Shown: in pieces, positions 1-5,130 of the stretch
How the letters are laid out: each line of letters begins with the position of its first letter
Numbering within the stretch: position 1 is the first letter of the stretch
From: Chitinivibrionia bacterium
GTDB lineage: Bacteria; Fibrobacterota; Chitinivibrionia; Chitinivibrionales; Chitinivibrionaceae
DNA: 32,000 nt
Direction: 5' to 3'
Assembly (NCBI GenBank): GCA_009779925.1
Contig: WRAZ01000019.1
Coordinates: 1 to 32,000 of the forward strand
Translations under genes and position numbers: made by a program
Notes under the pieces: model-generated
What the model saw: only the letters and a program-made list of their open reading frames with translations
Database searches by the model: none
Told to the model about the DNA's origin: nothing

Positions 1-82
1 CGCCTGCTCCACAGCCACATCGGCAGTTAAATTCTGTTGCGTTGAAGTTGGCGTAATTGTTCCAGTTGATTACTCGTTGCAT
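1..82 (-). CDS. Peptidase M15-like cell-wall hydrolase (putative endolysin), first 27 codons only
   Basis: ATG at 82..80 with AAAGGAG 9 nt upstream. Translation is MQRVINWNNYANFNATEFNCRCGCGAG. I recall the F-x3-EF-x-C-x-CGCG start as typical of Peptidase_M15_3 / YcbK-type phage hydrolases. The ORF runs off the window. Confidence 0.45.
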   Translation of the reverse strand, partial: MQRVINWNNYANFNATEFNCRCGCGAG

Positions 83-128
83 ATAACAAATCTCCTTTCT
101 TCGTGCAAATTATGCACGATGTGTTAAA

Positions 129-155
129 GCAAACGCCTTACTTTCAGGCGTTTGT
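129..155. promoter_or_regulatory. Conserved stem-loop, copy 1 (GCAAACGCC-N9-GGCGTTTGT)
   Basis: 7-9 bp GC-rich stem with a 9-nt loop, identical to 829-855. On the minus strand it is followed by GCTTTAACACATCGTG and the RBS of the peptidase gene. Confidence 0.5.
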
Positions 156-184
156 CAAATTGTTATTCGTTGTTTGTTTGAAAG

Positions 185-208
185 AAGCAGGAGCGAATGC
201 CCCTGCCT
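185..208 (-). terminator. Putative intrinsic terminator after the 29-aa mini-ORF (weak U-tract)
   Basis: Minus-strand stem AGGCAGG/CCTGCTT (one G-U pair) with a 10-nt loop, followed by CTTTC. It lies inside the 42-nt block that is identical to copy 2. Confidence 0.35.
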
Positions 209-222
209 GTTTGAATGTTTTA

Positions 223-312
223 TTAGTCGCTGTCTTTCATTTTGTTTACAAAAACCAAGACTGCTACACCCAAAAGCGACATTCCGCCGCCCATAATTAA
301 CATCGTTTCCAT
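223..312 (-). CDS. 29-aa single-TM mini-protein (METMLIMGGGMSLLGVAVLVFVNKMKDSD)
   Basis: The ATG overlaps the upstream stop as TAATG at 312. AAGGGGG lies in the upstream gene's tail. One hydrophobic helix. A paralogue with the same first 10 residues sits at 951..1073. Not in the ORF track because it is too short. Confidence 0.45.
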   Translation of the reverse strand: METMLIMGGGMSLLGVAVLVFVNKMKDSD

Positions 313-503
313 TACTTACCCCCTTTCAGAAGTATCCCGATAATAAAAAGCACACCCGCAAAAATAACACCTGTAAATATTTGCAACGTATCAAAATCAG
401 TTCCGAATGTGCCACCGATAACACCCCCCGCAAAAGCGGCAACGCTGATACTTAAAAAATAACCGCCTGCCGCTTCCTTTGTTTTCGCTTTGTCCAACTT
501 CAT
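312..503 (-). CDS. 63-aa two-TM membrane protein, holin-like by position
   Basis: ATG 503 with GAGGAG 8 nt upstream. Two hydrophobic segments (GGYFLSISVAAFAGGVIGG and IFTGVIFAGVLFIIGILL) and a C-terminal LKGGK shared with the paralogue at 1073..1258. Lies upstream of the peptidase gene. Confidence 0.55.
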   Translation of the reverse strand: MKLDKAKTKEAAGGYFLSISVAAFAGGVIGGTFGTDFDTLQIFTGVIFAGVLFIIGILLKGGK

Positions 504-546
504 AGAAATATCTCCTCTTCTATGTTAAAATACTTTTTATCCACTT

Positions 547-786
547 TCAAACGCAAGTCCCTCGCGCTTTTTTGTATTTGTCCATTAATTTTTTGCAACG
601 GTTCCAATAATAATTAGTATTGGGACACACATAACTTTTGTTGTAATCGCTGTGTCCATAAATGCCTGCCCAATAGATAGAAGCGTTTCCTTCCCAAAAC
701 CATTTATAATAAGGCGTATAGTCTTCTTGCAAAAGTTCTATATATTCGCGCCATTTAACGTTTTTTCTTTTATTAACTCTTCCCAT
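547..786 (-). CDS. 79-aa Trp/Tyr-rich hypothetical protein
   Basis: ATG 786 with AAGGTG 6 nt upstream, preferred over the track's GTG at 816. Translation MGRVNKRKNVKWREYIELLQEDYTPYYKWFWEGNASIYWAGIYGHSDYNKSYVCPNTNYYWNRCKK.... The 3' end has a truncated paralogue at 1301..1378. Confidence 0.5.
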   Translation of the reverse strand: MGRVNKRKNVKWREYIELLQEDYTPYYKWFWEGNASIYWAGIYGHSDYNKSYVCPNTNYYWNRCKKLMDKYKKARGTCV

Positions 787-828
787 AAATACCACCTTTC
801 TCGTGCCAAACGACACGATGTGTTAAAA

Positions 829-855
829 GCAAACGCCTTACTTTCAGGCGTTTGT
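829..855. promoter_or_regulatory. Conserved stem-loop, copy 2
   Basis: Identical 27-mer to 129-155. On the minus strand it precedes GCTTTTAACACATCGTG and the RBS of the 79-aa ORF. Confidence 0.5.
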
Positions 856-912
856 TTTCTGTTTGTTTTCTGTTTGTTTTCTGTTTGTTTTCTGTTTGTT
901 TTCTGTTTGTTT
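850..912. repeat. 11-bp tandem repeat (GTTTGTTTTCT), about 5.7 copies
   Basis: Direct reading of 850-912. It lies between the two conserved stem-loops of cassette copy 2. Copy 1 has only one degenerate unit. Confidence 0.95.
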
Positions 913-917
913 GAAAG

Positions 918-941
918 AAGCAGGAGCGAATGCCCCTGCCT
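918..941 (-). terminator. Putative intrinsic terminator after the 40-aa mini-ORF (weak U-tract)
   Basis: Same sequence as 185-208. It starts about 10 nt after the stop at 951-953. Confidence 0.35.
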
Positions 942-950
942 GTTTTGTTG

Positions 951-1073
951 TTAAGCGGCTAACTTTGCCGCTTCTTCTCGTTTCTTTATTCGGTCGTCCG
1001 CTATCATTGCGCCGATACCTACAAGCAAAACAGCCGCCGCCGTTCCACCACCCATAATCAACATCGTTTCCAT
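951..1073 (-). CDS. 40-aa single-TM mini-protein (METMLIMGGGTAAAVLLVGIGAMIADDRIKKREEAAKLAA)
   Basis: TAATG overlap with the upstream stop at 1073. Hydrophobic helix followed by a charged tail. Paralogue of 223..312. Confidence 0.45.
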   Translation of the reverse strand: METMLIMGGGTAAAVLLVGIGAMIADDRIKKREEAAKLAA

Positions 1074-1258
1074 TATTTACCCCCTTTCAGTTTTAAGAAA
1101 CAACCTAAAAGTAAAAAGATAAGCATAAGAGCAAATCCGATACAGGCATTCCGAAAATCTTGACCAGCTCCCAAAGTGTTAAATACCACACCACCAATAA
1201 ATGCACCACCTAACATAACATTGCACGCTGACGCCAAATGCTCTAATAAACCTTTCAT
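1073..1258 (-). CDS. 61-aa two-TM membrane protein, paralogue of 312..503
   Basis: ATG 1258 with a GGAAAGGAAAGG purine tract upstream. Segments MLGGAFIGGVVF and CIGFALMLIFLLLGCFL, and a C-terminal LKGGK. Confidence 0.55.
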   Translation of the reverse strand: MKGLLEHLASACNVMLGGAFIGGVVFNTLGAGQDFRNACIGFALMLIFLLLGCFLKLKGGK

Positions 1259-1300
1259 AGACCTTTCCTTTCCCTCTACCGTAAAATACTTTCTTTACCA

Positions 1301-1378
1301 CTAATCGCGCAAGTCTTCTATCGCTTTTATCTTAATCTTGTCAAAGAACTGCGTTTTGTAGCCGCGCCCGCCGTCCCA
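1301..1378 (-). pseudogene. 3' remnant of a paralogue of the 79-aa ORF
   Basis: A 25-codon open frame with no start codon (WDGGRGYKTQFFDKIKIKAIEDLRD*). It is colinear with the C-terminus ...CKKLMDKYKKARGTCV* of 547..786 and occupies the same position relative to the two-TM gene. Confidence 0.4.
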
Positions 1379-1543
1379 TTATGTAGGGAACTATTATATA
1401 TAACACCAATACCTAATTCTCATCATCACCACTCGCACACTATCGATTAGAATACGCATACATACGATACTATCGCCTCTGCTACTTTTTACGTATTCCG
1501 CGCATACGCGCTCGCCTCGACTGCCAGTCTGTTCCCGCCCTCG

Positions 1544-2557
1544 CTACGTTGAGACACGAATATGTTCTTTTATTGCGGCGAGGAAACGCGGCAGGTCAAG
1601 ACCGATTACTTCTTCTTGAATTATCTCTGTGCGCAGCATTTTTGATAGTTCGTGAATGACTTCGTTCTTTGGATTTGTAGAGAAGTCGTTTATACTGCGA
1701 GTGCAAGCCGAGCCGTTATATGAGTAGTCGGTTATATATACGGAACGGTGTCCAACTTGTTTTTTAATTCCCTCAATAGTGTGTCCGTTAAATTGCGCCG
1801 CTTGAATGTAGGCTGTGCGAAGCGACTTAAATGAGAAATTAAAGTCGGCGTCCTTGTTGGCTTTACGATAGGCGCGCCAATGACGGGCTATAAGAACGGC
1901 GATTACTTTGGGAGACACACTGTTGGCGGGGTTTTCGGATGATGGGAATACGTGTTCGTATTTTGCGCTTATATTTCTTGCCTCTGCAATTACGGAAAGT
2001 GCGTTATCGTCAAGTGATACTTTGCGTGGGTTGCGCTCTTTTGTGTTTTGCAGGTGTAGCCAGTTTGTTTTTATGTCTGTCCATTTAAGAGTGCATATTT
2101 CATTAACGCGCATTCCTGTGTAATATGCAAGCAGTGCTATCAGGCGCACGTTTGTTTCTTCACTTTTTCTTTTGAGGAAGAAAACGAGGAAGTTCTCGAT
2201 TACGGCGTGATTTGCTATGACGGGCTTGTGTTCGTCTATGCGTTTGCGTTTCATTGCTTGTTTCATTGACGGAGGCAAGACGCGTTTGTAGAATGGGTTG
2301 TCTTTCTCTTCGATAAGCCCGATATTTACGGAGTGAGTATATGCCGCTTTTATTAAGCACCACTTTGTGTAAAGTGTTTCGGCGGCGTATTTCTTTTCGA
2401 GGTTGTTGTTTATTCCGTCCATATACCAAGCGCAGAAGTTTTGCCAAGTGGTTGGCTTGTCTGCGAAGTATAGTAAGAATGAGCGAAAATAGTATTTTCT
2501 GTCTTTGCCTTGCTTTAGGCAGTCTGCTAAGTAGCGGTCGATTATTGTTTCAAGCAT
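1544..2557 (-). CDS. Tyrosine recombinase / phage integrase
   Basis: 337-aa ORF with tyrosine-recombinase signatures: YYTGMRVNEI (Arg I), KSLRTAY (x-x-L-R box) and VGHRSVYITDYSY (His ... Tyr nucleophile region). The ATG overlaps the stop of the upstream ORF by 8 nt. Confidence 0.85.
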   Translation of the reverse strand: MLETIIDRYLADCLKQGKDRKYYFRSFLLYFADKPTTWQNFCAWYMDGINNNLEKKYAAETLYTKWCLIKAAYTHSVNIGLIEEKDNPFYKRVLPPSMKQAMKRKRIDEHKPVIANHAVIENFLVFFLKRKSEETNVRLIALLAYYTGMRVNEICTLKWTDIKTNWLHLQNTKERNPRKVSLDDNALSVIAEARNISAKYEHVFPSSENPANSVSPKVIAVLIARHWRAYRKANKDADFNFSFKSLRTAYIQAAQFNGHTIEGIKKQVGHRSVYITDYSYNGSACTRSINDFSTNPKNEVIHELSKMLRTEIIQEEVIGLDLPRFLAAIKEHIRVST

Positions 2558-3118
2558 ATTGTGCTTTCCTTTCTGCGCGTTTGCGCTCTCTGTATTTACG
2601 TTGATATTCTAAGTATTCTGCGTGGCGACGTTGATTGTGTTTCGTTTGTTTGTCGATTATGTGCTGTGGCGTTTTATTGCTTTTCAATTGTGTTAGCTCG
2701 CCAAATATATTAGGCAGTTTTTCTAATGTGCTTTCAAGTTTTTGCGCTTCTTCTTTTGGCACACTAAGCACTTTGCAGGCGTTCAAGAGAAAATCTTTAA
2801 CGTTGTCTGTTTCCAATTGATTGTAAAGTGTTTGGCACTTATCGGCGTTGCTCTTTATTACGCTGACTTTTGTTGCGTAAATATACGGGTCGCGGTTTGG
2901 CTCTATTATGAGTTTTCCGACAACCTCGATGTCGTCTAATGGGTAAAACTCATTGCGTATAAAATATTTATTTATACGCAGAAAGCATTTTGCCGTTGTG
3001 CCGTAGATGTGTCGGCTGTGTAGTATATATTAAACGACACAAACTTTGTTCCTGTGCGCGACTGCGATACTTTGATTGAGTTGCGGCAAACTGTGCCGCT
3101 CAGTTTTATTTCGTTCAT
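2550..3118 (-). pseudogene. SSB-like OB-fold gene with a basic C-terminal tail, split by a 1-nt frameshift
   Basis: ATG 3118 behind GGAGGG. MNEIKLSGTVCRNSIKVSQSRTGTKFVSFNI... stops at 2972-2974. The -1 frame is open from 3029 to 2550 (...KCFLRINKYFIRNEFYPLDDIEVVGKLIIEPNRDPYIYATKVSVI...) but has no ATG or GTG before the TTG at 2816. Adding one base to the T4 run at 2988-2991 fuses the two frames. Confidence 0.45.
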
Positions 3119-3127
3119 TTAACCCTC

Positions 3128-3235
3128 CTACTGAAACTTGTGAGATGTTTTAACTAATACAAAAACTATTGCGGCAAGAATTCCTGAACCGACGATAAAC
3201 GAAAGCAAATCGAATAGTAAAGTTATTGCGGTCAT
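3128..3235 (-). CDS. 35-aa single-TM protein (MTAITLLFDLLSFIVGSGILAAIVFVLVKTSHKFQ)
   Basis: ATGA overlap with the stop of the Zn-ribbon ORF at 3232-3235. Its stop lies inside the RBS of the next gene. Read by hand; too short for the track. Confidence 0.4.
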   Translation of the reverse strand: MTAITLLFDLLSFIVGSGILAAIVFVLVKTSHKFQ

Positions 3236-3387
3236 TCATTTACTCCTTTGTTTTGTTTTTGAACAAAGAATAACTTACAAGCCCCACAAACAAACAAGCT
3301 ACCAGACCGAACTTGCTTATTGTGGAATTCGCGATTGACTAATACATCACTTCCGCATTTTGCGCATTCTAAAATCCCGAAAACCAT
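3232..3387 (-). CDS. 51-aa zinc-ribbon protein (two CxxC pairs)
   Basis: ATG 3387 with AAAGGTGG 4 nt upstream. Translation MVFGILECAKCGSDVLVNREFHNKQVRSGSLFVCGACKLFF.... The track's GTG at 3480 would add a low-quality N-terminus. Confidence 0.5.
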   Translation of the reverse strand: MVFGILECAKCGSDVLVNREFHNKQVRSGSLFVCGACKLFFVQKQNKGVNE

Positions 3388-3501
3388 AAAACCACCTTTC
3401 ATAAAGTTTATTTTTTCTCTTCGCCGAAATATCGACAGATTGCTTCGTATGCTTCTGTGTGAGAATAGCAAACCGCCCACCTATACAAACGAAGAGTATC
3501 T

Positions 3502-3690
3502 TCACTCGTAAATCTCAACGCCGTTCTTGTCTTTTAAGTCCGTGTATTGCCCAATGGTTTCGGGCAGAATTTTAATCTACAACGGCGAATATTCGCCGTT
3601 GTAGATGCCGAAATTGTCCCAAATCTTATGTAAATACCCAATATGCATACTGCCACTTTCGTCTTTCCCGCGAAATTTAACCTCTCTCAT
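3502..3690 (-). pseudogene. YopX-like phage gene fragment with an in-frame TAG and premature end
   Basis: ATG 3690 behind GGAGGGAGGGG. Translation MREVKFRGKDESGSMHIGYLHKIWDNFGIYNGEYSPL*IKILPETIGQYTDLKDKNGVEIYE*. MREVKFR and QYTDLKDKNGVEIYE match the YopX-family pattern as I recall it. TAG at 3577-3579, TGA at 3502-3504. Confidence 0.4.
3577..3604. repeat. Perfect 28-bp palindrome CTACAACGGCG-AATATT-CGCCGTTGTAG
   Basis: Read directly from the sequence. 11-bp arms flank a 6-bp AT centre. The 13-nt arm TTCGCCGTTGTAG recurs at 3820-3832. Confidence 0.95.
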
Positions 3691-3958
3691 TACCCCTCCC
3701 TCCAACAGCCGCTCCGCCGCGCTCACAAGAAAAACCGCTATCTATGCGAGACGCTTCTCTTCGTTCCGCTACGCAGGATACGCTACTTAAATTAAAAAGT
3801 TTTTTCTTGTGAGCGCGGCTTCGCCGTTGTAGGCTCGCTTGCGCTTCGCTCTTTTGTTGGTATTGTGCGTTAATAATTACCACAACTTGCGCAATGCCTA
3901 TCGGCTCGCTGACGCGGGCTACTATCGCGCTTTGCGGCTTCTTTTGTTGTTTTTCCAT
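3677..3958 (-). CDS. 93-aa hypothetical protein; the C-terminal half is doubtful
   Basis: ATG 3958 with AAGGAGG 5 nt upstream. The N-terminal half reads plausibly. The C-terminal half (...RRSRAHKKKLFNLSSVSCVAERREASRIDSGFSCERGGAAVGGRGNERG) is translated across the 104-bp inverted-repeat element. Confidence 0.4.
   Translation of the reverse strand: MEKQQKKPQSAIVARVSEPIGIAQVVVIINAQYQQKSEAQASLQRRSRAHKKKLFNLSSVSCVAERREASRIDSGFSCERGGAAVGGRGNERG
3716..3819. repeat. 104-bp element bounded by perfect 19-bp inverted repeats
   Basis: GCCGCGCTCACAAGAAAAA (3716-3734) is the exact reverse complement of 3801-3819, with a 66-nt interior. The element sits inside the 93-aa ORF and about 25 nt upstream of the YopX-like RBS. 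Confidence 0.9.
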
Positions 3959-4005
3959 TAAATCCTCCTTGTTTTATTAAAAATGTTAATTTTGTTCTTT
4001 TTTGT

Positions 4006-4030
4006 AAAATCCTCTTGTTTAGAGGGTTTT
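4006..4030 (+). other. Stem-loop at the element/chromosome junction
   Basis: AAAATCCTCT / AGAGGGTTTT: 10-bp stem with one G-U pair, 5-nt loop, then TTTT as part of the stem end. There is no upstream plus-strand gene, so its role is unclear. Confidence 0.25.
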
Positions 4031-4095
4031 ATCGGAAAAGTGTTAAAAACAGTTAGTATTTTCCGTTGAATATTTAAAACAAAACAAGGATAAAA

Positions 4096-5124
4096 ATGAA
4101 AACAAGCGATTTTTTTTACGACCTACCGCAGGAACTAATTGCCGACCGCCCGCTCGAAAAACGGGACGAAGCGCGACTTATGCACATAAAAAAAGAAACG
4201 GGCGAGATTTCGCACAATAAATTTTATGAAATTGTCGATATTTTAGACAAAGGCGATGTCTTGGTTTTTAACGACACCAAAGTTTTGCAATGCCGCCTTT
4301 TTGCACAAAAAACGGACACTAAGGCAAGAATTGAGTTTCTTTTTCTGAATATTTTGAACGATTTTACCGCCGAAGTTATTGCAAAACCTGCAAAACGCTT
4401 AAAAATCGGCACAAAACTGTCGCTCGAAAAAAACGAAACGATTGAATTTGAAGTTATTGACGAAGCGGAAGACGACGGCATTAAAACCGTGAAATTCTCG
4501 CAAAACATTTACGAAATCCTCGACGATTACGGCGAAATTCCTCTCCCCCACTATATGAACCGCCGCGCCGACGAACAAGACAACGACGACTATCAAACGG
4601 TTTACGCCAAAGAGGCGGGATCGGTAGCCGCGCCCACGGCAGGGCTTCATTTTACGGAGGAATTGCTCGAAAAACTTAAAGCAAAAGGCATAAAACTGCT
4701 TTTTATCACGCTAAAGGTCGGAATAGGGACTTTTAAGCCTGTAAAAACCGACAATCCGCTCGAACACAATATGCACTCCGAAGAATATTACGTCTCAAAA
4801 GATACCGCCGCCGCGCTTAACGAGGCGCTTGAAGCGAAAAAGCGAATTGTCGCCGTCGGCACAACTGTTGTTAGGACTTTGGAAAGCGCGTGTGTGGACG
4901 GAAAAATAAAAAGCGGCAATAATTCAACCAATATTATGATTATTCCGCCATACAAATTTAAGGCGGTTTCGGCATTGATTACCAATTTTCACCTGCCCGA
5001 GTCCACGCTTATGTTTTTGATTTCGGCGTTTTACGAGAGAGAAAAAATCCTCGCCGCGTACAAAACCGCGGTTGATGAGCGATACAGATTTTTCAGCTAC
5101 GGCGACGCAATGTTTATGGAATAA
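4096..5124 (+). CDS. queA: S-adenosylmethionine:tRNA ribosyltransferase-isomerase
   Basis: 342 aa. MKTSDFFYDLPQELIADRPL start, GSVAAPTAGLHFT, VAVGTTVVRTLES and FFSYGDAMF are all typical of QueA. Confidence 0.95.
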   Translation: MKTSDFFYDLPQELIADRPLEKRDEARLMHIKKETGEISHNKFYEIVDILDKGDVLVFNDTKVLQCRLFAQKTDTKARIEFLFLNILNDFTAEVIAKPAKRLKIGTKLSLEKNETIEFEVIDEAEDDGIKTVKFSQNIYEILDDYGEIPLPHYMNRRADEQDNDDYQTVYAKEAGSVAAPTAGLHFTEELLEKLKAKGIKLLFITLKVGIGTFKPVKTDNPLEHNMHSEEYYVSKDTAAALNEALEAKKRIVAVGTTVVRTLESACVDGKIKSGNNSTNIMIIPPYKFKAVSALITNFHLPESTLMFLISAFYEREKILAAYKTAVDERYRFFSYGDAMFME

Positions 5125-5130
5125 CGGCAA

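Larger units (their letters stand above)
94..1350 (-). repeat. Two tandem diverged copies (about 94-575 and 800-1350) of a small-membrane-protein cassette
   Basis: Near-identical DNA blocks: 171-212 = 904-945 (42/42), 129-155 = 829-855 (27/27), 290-329 vs 1051-1090 (38/40). The intervening coding parts are diverged but colinear. Confidence 0.85.
1..3958 (-). mobile_element. Cryptic prophage / integrative-element remnant, continues beyond the left edge
   Basis: Uninterrupted block of minus-strand phage-type genes: M15 peptidase start, small membrane proteins, tyrosine integrase, SSB-like and YopX-like fragments, Zn-ribbon ORF. Several are disrupted. The block stops 137 nt before plus-strand queA. 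Confidence 0.6.

Noticed and set aside
850-912. Possible CRISPR array
   Set aside because: The unit is only 11 bp and the copies are contiguous with no spacers. It is a microsatellite, and there are no cas genes.
652-1057. Track ORFs 652..954 (+) and 863..1057 (+), with FLFVFCLFSVC-type translations
   Set aside because: They are read-through of the 11-bp tandem repeat and the antisense of the minus-strand genes. They have no RBS and a repeat-driven composition.
1540-1553. 14-mer CTCGCTACGTTGAG shared with 23780-23793, considered as a possible att-like direct repeat
   Set aside because: A few exact 14-mers are expected by chance in 32 kb. The second copy lies inside the L,D-transpeptidase coding region, and there is no flanking similarity.
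2972-3029. Programmed -1 ribosomal frameshift in the SSB-like gene (the hairpin at 2955-2979 lies 7 nt downstream of the A-run)
   Set aside because: There is no X-XXY-YYZ slippery heptamer in the overlap zone. A 1-nt homopolymer indel explains the split more simply.
3502-3579. Stop-codon reassignment (TAG or TGA read as sense) in the phage-like region
   Set aside because: Neighbouring phage-type and host genes end cleanly on TGA, TAG and TAA (for example the UbiA gene and HU on TGA, and the helicase on TAG). The YopX-like ORF also lacks its C-terminal part, which fits decay.
3605-3790. Plus-strand ORF 3605..3790 (61 aa)
   Set aside because: It is antisense to the minus-strand gene series and crosses the inverted-repeat element. 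It has no RBS and a low-complexity translation.
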